From Dudresnaya verticillata (Eukaryota): a stretch of DNA of 64,000 nt. Positions 36,265-49,580 of the stretch are shown one piece after another. The first letter of the stretch is position 1. Each line of letters begins with the position of its first letter. Below the pieces are notes generated by a model, which saw only the letters and a program-made list of their open reading frames with translations, was not told where the DNA came from and did no database searches. Made by a program: the position numbers and the translations under genes. Location of the stretch: positions 434,001-498,000 of the forward strand of contig OZ374559.1 in assembly GCA_977862235.1 (NCBI GenBank). Reading direction: 5' to 3'.

Positions 36265-38156
36265 TGTTCAGAATTTTGCGTTTTGTCCTCCGTTGCAATA
36301 GGCAATAATGACTAAGAGTATCAGACTTCTTGGTGGAGATCGAAGGAAAAGATCTTTTCTGACGGCGGATTCGTGTGGCGTCTTTAGGAAGGCCTCTATT
36401 TCTGGATCTTGGAGACCTGCAAAATGCGTATGTTGTCTCAGAACAAAAGCGGAACTAGGCGCAGGATGTGCAAGCCAAGAAGTATCTATTGTGATAGACA
36501 GGGAAGACTGGAAGAGCGACTTTGGTCTTTTATACCACACAGTCCGAAGAACTTGCATCGGATAATAGCGGTCTTCACCCCTTGTCAATAGCAAACAAGA
36601 CGCGATGAAGCCGTGTTGCTCTAGACTTGCAGGCAGCGCGTTCTCGCTTCTTCTTCTTAAAGGTTATTTTGACACACAACCAAAAATCGATGCCTGCCTC
36701 CCTTTTCCTGTGGTCCGGGTGGATTATTGGGCAGTATTCTTAGCTTCTCAAATTGAGCAAGCATCTTCCCTTTAGTTGAGAAAGAGCCTGAAACCTGTTG
36801 TGTCCTGTGAAGCTTTAGTATCATGTGGCGTTTTCAGGCGTACGAAAACCAGATGCCGCGTGATGTTAAACTGTACTCAACGTGATTTTGAGTTCGCTGG
36901 CTGCCGCCGTTTTGCGTGATGACGGCAACACCCGGCAGTGCCGCGCTGTGCAGCGGCTGGATTCGTTGATGACAGGCTGTATCACTACTGCAAATCTATG
37001 TTTGCTCCTCCATTCCCCCTTGAAACGTTGATGATGTCAACTCTGATCGGAGAGGAGAGGAGACACTCTGATCGGCGTGATAATTTCCCGCTCTGAAACG
37101 CTGCCAATGCAATTTTGACACGTCCGAAAATCTCTCATGCGACAAAATTTGTCATCAATAGACCAGACCAGAAGTAGACCACGTTTCTCGAGTAGCATGA
37201 TCGCAAGGTAAAGTTTATGACGTATCTTGGAAACCCATCTACGGAACTGTCACGAGGGCCTGCGAATCATCTCGTGTGAGAAGAGGCAGTCGCGAGGGGG
37301 CTTTTCAGAGCTATATTCAGAAAATGAATCCAGGGTGCATAATAATGTTATAGCAGAGTATTGTTACCCGCACATTGCAAGCGCGTGCGTTGGCAACAAT
37401 AAAAGCGCTTCTGATGACACCCAGCAGCTTAGTGTCTCAGTGTCAAAAGCAGCTTAAAAGCCCGCCCTCCGAGTTCTAAAATAGATCCGCCAAGGTTGTG
37501 CCAATAAAGCTGCACAAACTGATTCAGTTTCTGCACCCGCAGCGAGGTCCCAGAGAGAGGCTGCGGCCCGTAACAATGAGATTTTTCCAAGCCATAGGAA
37601 CAATGCAGGCCGCAATATGTGATAGTGCCAGTAGGTAGATCGAAGCGTCGGTCAAGCGTGGCACTTTCTTCCTGACCAGATAACGATGAAACATATAGGG
37701 GCGCTATCTTTTCGTACTCGTTGTGCCGAGGTTTTGAACTGGGTAGCGTTGTAACGTCAACGATGCGTTCCACTTCCTTCAGTGTGGCATTGCGAGTCCA
37801 TGCTCTCAATTGCACATTATTCACATAATTCAAAAGAAAGCGTTACAGTTACTGTAGCGCTAAGGTCTAGGCTTGTTGGACGATAGTCATCACTCCATTT
37901 TTAGATATTCATTCGTGAGCGCGACCTGCGTAGTAACCTGTTGGTCAGAATACCGACTGCTTCCTCTCGATCGCTATATAACGCTCTGCTTAGCACGAGC
38001 TTGCCAGCAATTTTCTTTCGACAGACATCTAGTAACGAAAACAGATTCCTACATCGTTTGGGAAACCTTGCCTCAACAGCATTCGACTACGACGCAAAGT
38101 CCTACTACAACGTTCTAAGAAAATTCATTCTCAAGCTCCTTCCACCTTCAAGAAAT

Positions 38157-38606
38157 ATGAATATTCTCTCCATCGCTGTGCTTCTCACTGTTCTGGGTTT
38201 TGTATCAGCTGCACAAGTTTCCCAAGGCCGTGAAGATTCGACTATGAGCTTTCTCCAGAACCCGGTGGAGCGTTGGAGTCCAGGGCGGTGCTTCGGATCT
38301 TCTTCACTTACCCGATGCTGTGAGCACGAAGCGTACTGGTGTGGTTACCACAAGCACACAGCCATATCGCATTGCAAGTATTGCATTAACAACTGTCTCT
38401 CAGTTCCAAACTCCGATAGAGTACATATTAGGCTGGGAAGCTTTTTCGAGACAAAGGCCACGCGCACAGCTACGCAATGGGCTCAGCTCTGTCGACACGT
38501 GGACAGCGAAAGGACTAACACCTGCCCGAGTCCGAAGTCATGTGCCCTAGACGCGTCTTGCAATCAGCATGCGCTCGCAACCCCGCTTCCTACTTGCAAG
38601 GATTAG
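38157..38606 (+). CDS. Secreted 149-aa Cys-rich protein (12 Cys), family B, copy 1
   Basis: ATG 38157, signal peptide MNILSIAVLLTVLGFVSA, TATATAA at 37975; synonymous-only differences from B' in the mature region. Confidence 0.88.
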   Translation: MNILSIAVLLTVLGFVSAAQVSQGREDSTMSFLQNPVERWSPGRCFGSSSLTRCCEHEAYWCGYHKHTAISHCKYCINNCLSVPNSDRVHIRLGSFFETKATRTATQWAQLCRHVDSERTNTCPSPKSCALDASCNQHALATPLPTCKD

Positions 38607-39892
38607 ATTTGAACAGATAGGGACACTACTGATAGCATCCACGAGCATTCCAATGCACAAGAGATGCATAAGTGCAGCTGGTTAGGTATTGGTATAGGAA
38701 GCATGAAGCATAATGGAATGGTGAAAGCTGCATTGAAACTGGTACGGAACGAATCACTCTGTTGGATTTCGACGGATGCTACCTGAGCAAAGTGTAAGAT
38801 TGCTCAGATATGTAGAATCTTTCAAACTTCTCTTCTTTTAAACAATAATCTGAACAGCACTTGTCTTTCTTTTCTCTACTACATCAGCATTTCCCGAAAA
38901 CTACGAGAACGGCTGCCAAGGCGGGAAAGGTTCTAAATGTCAGAATAAGATAGTTTATCCCGCTCCGTGCGCTGCTAGAACTTTGTCGGAAAACGCAAGG
39001 ATGGTGATGCGTTTGTTTTACGAGAGCTATCACATATGGTTTGGGAAGACCTGCCCGGCGGCAGGTGTTTTTCAGAAACGCACTGGGCGCCCGAGCTGGC
39101 GGCAGGAAACCGCCGAGATTACGTGCGCCCACCCCACAGTAGCTCGTCGGGCTGTCCCAGGAACAGCAGCTGGTTTCAGGGTGCGGATTAGTGCTGTGAA
39201 CATCGAACGTAGTAGTAGCATCCTCAACTAAAATAAAGCGGGAACTATGATTCACAAAATGTACTACAGAAAACGGGAGAGGTGGGAGGGATAACAAAAC
39301 AAGTATCGTGACACAGTGTGTGTGTTGAAGATTGAAAGCACAGCGTCCCCGCGAACAAGTTCTTCGACGAAGAGAGGGATATAGAACAGCCCTTCGTGTA
39401 GTTTTCGGACAATGCTGATGTAGTAGAAAAGAGGAGAGATGGAGACCGTTATGCATAGGAAATAATACAGCCCCGTAAGGGGGCTTACCTAAAACTCATC
39501 TGAAAGGCGATGGTCGAAGATTAAACGGCGGTTAACAGCCACCGCGACAGATTGAAGTACAAGATAGGTGAGGTGGGTGAGAATAGATAGTTTTTCAGAT
39601 ATCGGCGAAGTACCCTTCATAGTAGAAAAGAAAGACAAGTGCTGTTCAGATTATTGTTTAAAAGAAGAGAAGTTTGAAAGATTCTACATACCTGAGCAAT
39701 CTTACACTTTGCTCAGGTAGCATCCGTCGAAATCCAACAGAGTGATTCGTTCCGTACCAGTTTCAATGCAGCTTTCACGATTCCATTATGCTTCATGCTT
39801 TCTATACCAATACCTAACCAGCTGCACTTATGCATCTCTTGTGCATTGGAATGCTCTTGGATGCTATCAGTAGTGTCCCTATCTATTCAAAT

Positions 39893-40342
39893 CTAATCCT
39901 TGCAAGTAGGAAGCGGGGTTGCGAGCGCATGCTGATTGCAAGACGCGTCTAGAGCACATGACTTCGGACTCGGACAGGTGTTAGTCCTTTCGCTGTCCAC
40001 GTGTCGACAGAGCTGAGCCCATTGCGTAGCTGTGCGCGTGGCCTTTGTCTCGAAAAAGCTTCCCAGCCTAATATGCACTCTATCGGAGTTTGGAACAGAG
40101 AGACAGTTGTTAATGCAATACTTGCAATGCGATATGGCTGTGTGCTTGTGGTAACCACACCAGTACGCTTCGTGCTCACAGCATCGGGTAAGTGAAGACG
40201 ATCCGAAGCACCGCCCTGGACTCCAACGCTCCACCGGGTTCTGGAGAAAGCTCATAGTCGAGTCTTCACGGCCTTGGGAAACGTGTGCAGCTGATACAAA
40301 ACCCAGGGCAGTGAGAAGCATCGCGATACTGAGAAGAGTCAT
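39893..40342 (-). CDS. Secreted Cys-rich protein B', copy 1
   Basis: ATG 40342, signal peptide MTLLSIAMLLTALGFVSA; same protein as B from VSQGRED onward. Confidence 0.88.
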   Translation of the reverse strand: MTLLSIAMLLTALGFVSAAHVSQGREDSTMSFLQNPVERWSPGRCFGSSSLTRCCEHEAYWCGYHKHTAISHCKYCINNCLSVPNSDRVHIRLGSFFETKATRTATQWAQLCRHVDSERTNTCPSPKSCALDASCNQHALATPLPTCKD

Positions 40343-41998
40343 ATTTCTTGAATGTGGAAAGATAGTTGCTATGCTAGGCAGCGATTGCCCTTGTCGATAG
40401 ATATCTGTGGATGGAAATTCTGAAAGATTTGAGGCGTAAGAAGGTTCGTGCAATATTGGAAGGCCGTGGCGGTTGGTGGGTCGCCAGTACTTGATGAGTC
40501 GTATGTGAAAGACTTTTAAGTGCCCAGTACTTATCACAGGAGATTCTTATATTCTTTGCGAGATGAGGGGTTCAACTGTCTCGTCTGCTTCTACCTCTTC
40601 GGTAACGCGCAGTTGGTGTCAAAGTAACACATTCTGCCCAGAGTTGTTGACGATTCGTCGCGCAATATTCTTCACGCAACTGTAATGTTGCCTCCGGATC
40701 GATTGCAAACCCACGTGCTTTATACAATACTTCCTCTGCAACCTTAAGAAAGAGGATCACATGGATGATGACTATTAAGCTGGTAAGGAAATATTCTAAT
40801 AAGGAGTAAGATCGAAAATGGAGCTTTATCCCGGTTGCCATGCTCCGCTTTTAGCAACAAAGTGCTACGAGAGGTCAGCATGCCAAAATAGCTGCTGTCG
40901 CTCCGGACAGCTTGCAGTTATTTCAACACCGCAAGCACCCTACCCGGTACCTCGTTCCCCTTTTTACCAAGACATGTTCAATCATAGCCCCTACTCGTAG
41001 AGGACCAGAGTACAGTGTGCAGTGTGCGTGCTTTTCAGTACATATGGTGACTCAACAAATATGCCTAGGACTGTTACAAGGAGCATCGGCGCTGCTGCTC
41101 CCAAGTGTTGCAACTTGTTCCAAGAGCATACTCAACAATGAAAAGTGCTGATTCCCACTTGCATGACATGAACATAGCACCGGAGAAAGATGCTGTGAGA
41201 TGCTATTGAAAAGGCGTCAAGCCATTGAAAGTGTCTACAACGTGAAAATCACTTTTAAAAATAGACATTCATATGACGTCATAGTAGAATTAGAAGCACG
41301 TCTAAATTGGTTCGACGAGTCATATCTCCATGGATGCGAACAGAGAGCATGCTTTTAAGTTTTGCTCTTTTTGAAGCACCTTCCTCATTCTTTGATGGTT
41401 AGTTTGTATTCTTGACTTTGGTTGTACTCTCTCTCTTCATTGATGAAGCCAACAGAAAAATTCCGTACTACCTACTCACATCGCGAGAGCTGTAATAGCT
41501 TTGGGTCGCACCAAAAAGTAACCGTACCTTGTGCAAGAGAGTGTTGCACGGACCCGCGGTATTAGACTGAGATCGGTTGTCAAGGGCACGTCCTCCAGGT
41601 CTCAGCAATGATTTCCTAATCCGGCTTGTTGACGCCGCAGTTCTATTTTAGGCTTGCAGTGTCCGAAAACGATAGTGTGTGATCAGAATTGGATAGCAAA
41701 GCACTAGCTGCCGATGCGGCCATGCCAAGAGGCTCCACTCAGCAAGTGCTCAGTCGCAATGTAGATAACCATTTTCGATGGCAATCCTTGGAGTTAGTGT
41801 CTTCGAGGAGCTAGACTGCTGTTGCTTTGCGTTGGCAAAGCTAGCGAGTTCCGCTTTTCAACTCTATATAAGAATCAGGAAACCCACCACCTGTATCTGA
41901 ACCACCCATCAAGATAATTTGCATCTTCCTGTTCTATCCTTTCTTTTAACTTCTCTTCGCTCCTGTTCCCACTCATCGCACTTTGCTTATCCTAAGCC

Positions 41999-42520
41999 AT
42001 GAAGACAGTCGTTAACTCACTCTTCTTTTCCGCTCTGGTCATGACTATCGGGTTGGGGGTCAACGCGTTGCGCCCCGGAGCGCGACAAGCTACCGGGCAA
42101 GAAATTGCAAGAATCACTGCCAACCAACTCACCTATGTGATCCGTGATAACACGCCAGCCCTTGGTGTCCGTAACGACATGCGTTCTCTTCGCAACTTTG
42201 CATACGACAGGGTGGCCGCCAGAACGATCACAGCCGCCCAGCTAAATGATCTCAACACGTTTACGACTAGGGTCGAGGCAGCCCTCAACGCGCCGGCAGG
42301 CCAAACTCGTCTTTACAATGTTCCACATACAGATCCGCTTTCCCAAGAAATTGAAAACTTGATCGGAGAGATTCGCGCACAAATCATTAACGGAAGGGCC
42401 CAGCTGGCGCAGCCGACGCCATCAGTTCCAAGGGCAATGTTTTGCATTCCGCGTGGATCCCGAATGAGCACTGTGGGACATGTCTCTGACATGGGTGTGG
42501 AAGGGATAGCGTCTGCCTGA
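41999..42520 (+). CDS. Secreted 173-aa protein A', copy 1
   Basis: Signal-peptide-like MKTVVNSLFFSALVMTIGLGVNA; TATATAA at 41865; about half of residues identical to A by manual alignment. Confidence 0.85.
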   Translation: MKTVVNSLFFSALVMTIGLGVNALRPGARQATGQEIARITANQLTYVIRDNTPALGVRNDMRSLRNFAYDRVAARTITAAQLNDLNTFTTRVEAALNAPAGQTRLYNVPHTDPLSQEIENLIGEIRAQIINGRAQLAQPTPSVPRAMFCIPRGSRMSTVGHVSDMGVEGIASA

Positions 42521-43359
42521 TTCGGTGGAATGTCAAATGCACTGAGAAGTTGCTAAGACTACGTTGACAACAGCAGTTCGAAGCTAGAGTTCCTCATTCC
42601 CAGATAAGTCGCTTCTTCTAGTCGATATTAAGAGAGAGTATGACAACTATTCTGAGAAATTAATATCTGCTACTTGGTTTCAGTAAAGCAGAAATCAACG
42701 AAATATTAAACTTTTGCTCGCTGTACCAGTTCATGCAGGGGTAGGAGCGAGTTCGAACTGGAAACCCAACGCATTGACTCTTTCAAATATGCTAAGATTG
42801 GCGCCTAATGAACGTAGTCCCGGGCATCGCCGCCTTCCTGCTCGACATGTGCCCAAATTCTCCAAAGCTAGTCCCTTGTTTGTTGCTTCGCACAAACTCT
42901 CCCCTTTCATTATGGGGTTGTATAAAACCACAATCTGTCCCCTCCATCGGAATTCTACCCATGTACAAGAAATGCACTCACACAAGCGCACCACATGATT
43001 CATACTTGAATCATGGATGAATCCTGTGGTGCGGCCATGGACCATGATATCACTCTTGCATTAAAGCAACAATCATCGCTAAGGGTTTAAACGCCTTTGA
43101 TGAAGAGAGAGAGACATTTTTTGAAGAACACTTTGATGAACGCGAAGCCGAAATGGCCAATGGGAAACTACGATTTCAGCCGTCTTGTGGCGCTCCCACA
43201 AGTTTATGTCGCCGCACCCACTTGACGAGTTAGCAGTGCTGACTCAGTACAGGAATCTTTCTTGTTATTTACTAAAGTAAGGTCTGGATCGTGCGGGAAT
43301 ATTCTCGATCGACTTCCGAAGACAAGAAGACCTCCGGCCTATTCTGTTGCTATTCCGAA

Positions 43360-43881
43360 CTAAACAATCAAAGACCTCGGCGCATGTGCTACAGATGCAT
43401 ATGCTCGGTAACTCATCCTTGAGAAGCGAGGCATACAGAACATGACTCTCGGCGCCGGGGGTGTCGGCTGTGCCACTTGGTTCAGCCCTCTCGTCGTGAT
43501 ATCTCGGATCTCTCCAATCAAGTCTTCAATTGGGGTATAGTATTGGTCATTCGGAACAACACGGAATAGACGAGGCTGACCTGCCGGTGCATCAATGGCA
43601 GTCTCTATCCTGTTCACGAAACCATCCACGGCTCTGAGCTGATCTCCTGTTGCTGTTCTAGCTGCCACCAGATCGTACATGTAGCTTCGAATTGCCCGCA
43701 AGTCGTTATGGACTCCCAAAGACGGCGTGTTATCACGGATCAAAAAGCTCCGATGGTTCACCGTTAGCCTTGCGATTTCGATTCCAGTGGCTTGCCGCAT
43801 ATTGGGGCGTCGTGCATTGGTACCCTTAGTTGCCATAAGCATTAAAGCAGCTAGAACAAGCCCATTAACAAATGTTTTCAT
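43360..43881 (-). CDS. Secreted protein A, copy 2
   Basis: Same as copy 1 except G to R near the C-terminus. Confidence 0.85.
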   Translation of the reverse strand: MKTFVNGLVLAALMLMATKGTNARRPNMRQATGIEIARLTVNHRSFLIRDNTPSLGVHNDLRAIRSYMYDLVAARTATGDQLRAVDGFVNRIETAIDAPAGQPRLFRVVPNDQYYTPIEDLIGEIRDITTRGLNQVAQPTPPAPRVMFCMPRFSRMSYRAYASVAHAPRSLIV

Positions 43882-45738
43882 TGTTCAGAATTTTGCGTTT
43901 TGTCCTCCGTTGCAATAAGCAATAATGATGAAGAGTATCAGACTTCTTGGTGGAGATCGAAGGAAAGATCTTTTCCGACGGCGGATTCGTATGGCGTCTT
44001 TAGGAAGGCCTCTATTTCTGGATCTTGGAGACCTGCAAAAATTCGTAAGTTGTCTCAGAACAGAAGCTGGACTAGGCGCAGGATGTGCAAGCCAAGAAGT
44101 ATTTATTGTGATAGACAGGGAAGACTGGAAGAGCGACTTTGGTCTTTTATACCACACAGTCCGAAGAACTTGCATTGGATAATAGCGGTCTTCACCCCTT
44201 GTCAATAGCAAACAAGACGCGATGAAGCCGTGATGCTCTAGACTTGCAAGCGCATTCTCGCTGCTTCTTCGTAAAGGTTATTTTGACACACAACCAAAAA
44301 TCACTGCCTGCCCCCCTCTTCCTGCGGCCCGGGTGGATTATTGGGCAGTATTCTTAGCTGCTCAAATTGAGCAAGCATCTTCCCTTTAGTTGAGAAAGAG
44401 CCTGAAACCTGTTGTGTCCTGTGAAGCTTTAGTATCATGTGGCGTACGAAAACCAGATGCCGCGTGATGTTAAACTTTACTCAACGTGATTTTGAGTTCG
44501 CTGGCTTCCGCCGTTTTGCGTGATAACGGCAACACCCGGCAGTGCTGCGCTATACAGCGGCTGGCTTCGTTGATGACGCGATTCCTCAACCGATGGTGTG
44601 CATACATGTATACCATTTACTGGTGGTGTATCTCTACTGTAAAGCTATGTTTGCTCCTCCATTCCCCCTTAGTCTTGAAACGTTGGTGATGTCAACTCTG
44701 ATGGGCGTAAAGTGATGATTTCCCGCCCTGAAACGCTGCCGATGCATTTTTGACACGTCCGAAAATCTCTCATGCGACAAAATTTGTCATCAATAGACCA
44801 GACCAGAAGTAGACCACATTTCTCGAGTAGCATGATCGCAAGGTATGACGTATCTTGGAAACCCATCTACAGAACTGTCACGAGGGCCTGCGGATCATCT
44901 CGTGTGAGAAGAGGCAGCAGTCGCAAGGGGGCTTGCCAGAGCTATTTTGAGAACATGAATCCAGGGTGCATAATAATGTTATAGCAGAGTATTGTTACCC
45001 GTACATTGCAAGCGCGTGCCTTCGCAACAATAAAAAGCGCTTCTGATGACACTCAGCGGCTTAGTGTCTGAGTGTCAAAAGCAGCTTAAAAGCCCGCCCT
45101 CTGAGTTCTAAAACAGCTCCGCCAAGGTTGTGCCAATAAAGCTGCACAAACTGATACAGTTTCTGCACCCGCAGCGAGGTCCCAGAGAGAGGCTGCGCCC
45201 CGTAACAATGAGACGTGATGTTTTCCAAGTCATAGGAACAATGCAGGCCGCAATGTGTGACAGTGTCCGTAGGTAGATCGAAGCGTCGGATAAGCATGAT
45301 ACTTTCTTCCTGACCGGATAAGGATGAAACTATCGCAGACACATCTAGGGGCGCTATCTTGCAGTCCTCGTTGTGTCTAGTCTTGAAGTGTACAGCGTTG
45401 TACCGTCAACGATGCGTTCCTCTTCCTTCAATGTGGCAGCACAAAGGTCTAGGCTTGTTAGACGATAGTCATCACTCCATTTTTAGATATTCATTCGTGA
45501 GCGCGACCTGCGTAGTAACCTGTTGGTCAGAATACCGACTGCTTCCTCTCGATCGCTATATAACGCTCTGCTTAGCACGAGCTTGCCAGCAATTTTCTTT
45601 CGACAGACATCTAGTAACGAAAACAGATTCCTACATCGTTTGGGAAACCTTGCCTCAACAGCATTCGACTACGACGCAAAGTCCTACTACAACGTTCTAA
45701 GAAAATTCATTCTCAAGCTCCTTCCACCTTCAAGAAAT

Positions 45739-46188
45739 ATGAATATTCTCTCCATCGCTGTGCTTCTCACTGTTCTGGGTTTTGTATCAGCTGCACAAGT
45801 TTCCCAAGGCCGTGAAGATTCGACTATGAGCTTTCTCCAGAACCCGGTGGAGCGTTGGAGTCCAGGGCGGTGCTTCGGATCTTCTTCACTTACCCGATGC
45901 TGTGAGCACGAAGCGTACTGGTGTGGTTACCACAAGCACACAGCCATATCGCATTGCAAGTATTGCATTAACAACTGTCTCTCAGTTCCAAACTCCGATA
46001 GAGTACATATTAGGCTGGGAAGCTTTTTCGAGACAAAGGCCACGCGCACAGCTACGCAATGGGCTCAGCTCTGTCGACACGTGGACAGCGAAAGGACTAA
46101 CACCTGCCCGAGTCCGAAGTCATGTGCCCTAGACGCGTCTTGCAATCAGCATGCGCTCGCAACCCCGCTTCCTACTTGCAAGGATTAG
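45739..46188 (+). CDS. Secreted Cys-rich protein B, copy 2
   Basis: Same translation as copy 1, +7582. Confidence 0.88.
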   Translation: MNILSIAVLLTVLGFVSAAQVSQGREDSTMSFLQNPVERWSPGRCFGSSSLTRCCEHEAYWCGYHKHTAISHCKYCINNCLSVPNSDRVHIRLGSFFETKATRTATQWAQLCRHVDSERTNTCPSPKSCALDASCNQHALATPLPTCKD

Positions 46189-47474
46189 ATTTGAACAGAT
46201 AGGGACACTACTGATAGCATCCACGAGCATTCCAATGCACAAGAGATGCATAAGTGCAGCTGGTTAGGTATTGGTATAGGAAGCATGAAGCATAATGGAA
46301 TGGTGAAAGCTGCATTGAAACTGGTACGGAACGAATCACTCTGTTGGATTTCGACGGATGCTACCTGAGCAAAGTGTAAGATTGCTCAGATATGTAGAAT
46401 CTTTCAAACTTCTCTTCTTTTAAACAATAATCTGAACAGCACTTGTCTTTCTTTTCTCTACTACATCAGCATTTCCCGAAAACTACGAGAACGGCTGCCA
46501 AGGCGGGAAAGGTTCTAAATGTCAGAATAAGATAGTTTATCCCGCTCCGTGCGCTGCTAGAACTTTGTCGGAAAACGCAAGGATGGTGATGCGTTTGTTT
46601 TACGAGAGCTATCACATATGGTTTGGGAAGACCTGCCCGGCGGCAGGTGTTTTTCAGAAACGCACTGGGCGCCCGAGCTGGCGGCAGGAAACCGCCGAGA
46701 TTACGTGCGCCCACCCCACAGTAGCTCGTCGGGCTGTCCCAGGAACAGCAGCTGGTTTCAGGGTGCGGATTAGTGCTGTGAACATCGAACGTAGTAGTAG
46801 CATCCTCAACTAAAATAAAGCGGGAACTATGATTCACAAAATGTACTACAGAAAACGGGAGAGGTGGGAGGGATAACAAAACAAGTATCGTGACACAGTG
46901 TGTGTGTTGAAGATTGAAAGCACAGCGTCCCCGCGAACAAGTTCTTCGACGAAGAGAGGGATATAGAACAGCCCTTCGTGTAGTTTTCGGACAATGCTGA
47001 TGTAGTAGAAAAGAGGAGAGATGGAGACCGTTATGCATAGGAAATAATACAGCCCCGTAAGGGGGCTTACCTAAAACTCATCTGAAAGGCGATGGTCGAA
47101 GATTAAACGGCGGTTAACAGCCACCGCGACAGATTGAAGTACAAGATAGGTGAGGTGGGTGAGAATAGATAGTTTTTCAGATATCGGCGAAGTACCCTTC
47201 ATAGTAGAAAAGAAAGACAAGTGCTGTTCAGATTATTGTTTAAAAGAAGAGAAGTTTGAAAGATTCTACATACCTGAGCAATCTTACACTTTGCTCAGGT
47301 AGCATCCGTCGAAATCCAACAGAGTGATTCGTTCCGTACCAGTTTCAATGCAGCTTTCACGATTCCATTATGCTTCATGCTTTCTATACCAATACCTAAC
47401 CAGCTGCACTTATGCATCTCTTGTGCATTGGAATGCTCTTGGATGCTATCAGTAGTGTCCCTATCTATTCAAAT

Positions 47475-47924
47475 CTAATCCTTGCAAGTAGGAAGCGGGG
47501 TTGCGAGCGCATGCTGATTGCAAGACGCGTCTAGAGCACATGACTTCGGACTCGGACAGGTGTTAGTCCTTTCGCTGTCCACGTGTCGACAGAGCTGAGC
47601 CCATTGCGTAGCTGTGCGCGTGGCCTTTGTCTCGAAAAAGCTTCCCAGCCTAATATGCACTCTATCGGAGTTTGGAACAGAGAGACAGTTGTTAATGCAA
47701 TACTTGCAATGCGATATGGCTGTGTGCTTGTGGTAACCACACCAGTACGCTTCGTGCTCACAGCATCGGGTAAGTGAAGACGATCCGAAGCACCGCCCTG
47801 GACTCCAACGCTCCACCGGGTTCTGGAGAAAGCTCATAGTCGAGTCTTCACGGCCTTGGGAAACGTGTGCAGCTGATACAAAACCCAGGGCAGTGAGAAG
47901 CATCGCGATACTGAGAAGAGTCAT
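47475..47924 (-). CDS. Secreted Cys-rich protein B', copy 2
   Basis: Same translation as copy 1, +7582. Confidence 0.88.
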   Translation of the reverse strand: MTLLSIAMLLTALGFVSAAHVSQGREDSTMSFLQNPVERWSPGRCFGSSSLTRCCEHEAYWCGYHKHTAISHCKYCINNCLSVPNSDRVHIRLGSFFETKATRTATQWAQLCRHVDSERTNTCPSPKSCALDASCNQHALATPLPTCKD

Positions 47925-49580
47925 ATTTCTTGAATGTGGAAAGATAGTTGCTATGCTAGGCAGCGATTGCCCTTGTCGATAGATATCTGTGGATGGAAAT
48001 TCTGAAAGATTTGAGGCGTAAGAAGGTTCGTGCAATATTGGAAGGCCGTGGCGGTTGGTGGGTCGCCAGTACTTGATGAGTCGTATGTGAAAGACTTTTA
48101 AGTGCCCAGTACTTATCACAGGAGATTCTTATATTCTTTGCGAGATGAGGGGTTCAACTGTCTCGTCTGCTTCTACCTCTTCGGTAACGCGCAGTTGGTG
48201 TCAAAGTAACACATTCTGCCCAGAGTTGTTGACGATTCGTCGCGCAATATTCTTCACGCAACTGTAATGTTGCCTCCGGATCGATTGCAAACCCACGTGC
48301 TTTATACAATACTTCCTCTGCAACCTTAAGAAAGAGGATCACATGGATGATGACTATTAAGCTGGTAAGGAAATATTCTAATAAGGAGTAAGATCGAAAA
48401 TGGAGCTTTATCCCGGTTGCCATGCTCCGCTTTTAGCAACAAAGTGCTACGAGAGGTCAGCATGCCAAAATAGCTGCTGTCGCTCCGGACAGCTTGCAGT
48501 TATTTCAACACCGCAAGCACCCTACCCGGTACCTCGTTCCCCTTTTTACCAAGACATGTTCAATCATAGCCCCTACTCGTAGAGGACCAGAGTACAGTGT
48601 GCAGTGTGCGTGCTTTTCAGTACATATGGTGACTCAACAAATATGCCTAGGACTGTTACAAGGAGCATCGGCGCTGCTGCTCCCAAGTGTTGCAACTTGT
48701 TCCAAGAGCATACTCAACAATGAAAAGTGCTGATTCCCACTTGCATGACATGAACATAGCACCGGAGAAAGATGCTGTGAGATGCTATTGAAAAGGCGTC
48801 AAGCCATTGAAAGTGTCTACAACGTGAAAATCACTTTTAAAAATAGACATTCATATGACGTCATAGTAGAATTAGAAGCACGTCTAAATTGGTTCGACGA
48901 GTCATATCTCCATGGATGCGAACAGAGAGCATGCTTTTAAGTTTTGCTCTTTTTGAAGCACCTTCCTCATTCTTTGATGGTTAGTTTGTATTCTTGACTT
49001 TGGTTGTACTCTCTCTCTTCATTGATGAAGCCAACAGAAAAATTCCGTACTACCTACTCACATCGCGAGAGCTGTAATAGCTTTGGGTCGCACCAAAAAG
49101 TAACCGTACCTTGTGCAAGAGAGTGTTGCACGGACCCGCGGTATTAGACTGAGATCGGTTGTCAAGGGCACGTCCTCCAGGTCTCAGCAATGATTTCCTA
49201 ATCCGGCTTGTTGACGCCGCAGTTCTATTTTAGGCTTGCAGTGTCCGAAAACGATAGTGTGTGATCAGAATTGGATAGCAAAGCACTAGCTGCCGATGCG
49301 GCCATGCCAAGAGGCTCCACTCAGCAAGTGCTCAGTCGCAATGTAGATAACCATTTTCGATGGCAATCCTTGGAGTTAGTGTCTTCGAGGAGCTAGACTG
49401 CTGTTGCTTTGCGTTGGCAAAGCTAGCGAGTTCCGCTTTTCAACTCTATATAAGAATCAGGAAACCCACCACCTGTATCTGAACCACCCATCAAGATAAT
49501 TTGCATCTTCCTGTTCTATCCTTTCTTTTAACTTCTCTTCGCTCCTGTTCCCACTCATCGCACTTTGCTTATCCTAAGCC

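Larger units (their letters stand above)
38140..40357. repeat. Inverted repeat, ~740-bp arms (38140-38880 and 39621-40357) with ~740-bp spacer; recurs in each unit
   Basis: B gene plus 3' flank is the near-exact reverse complement of B' plus 3' flank. Confidence 0.95.

Noticed and set aside
37941..38156. Longer 221-aa and 214-aa versions of B and B'
   Set aside because: Extensions start at non-ATG codons, overlap the TATA box of B, are not conserved between B and B', and would bury the signal peptide.
38884..39456. 190-aa ORF in the spacer of the inverted repeat, repeated three times
   Set aside because: Recurrence is explained by the tandem duplication; no motif or paralog.
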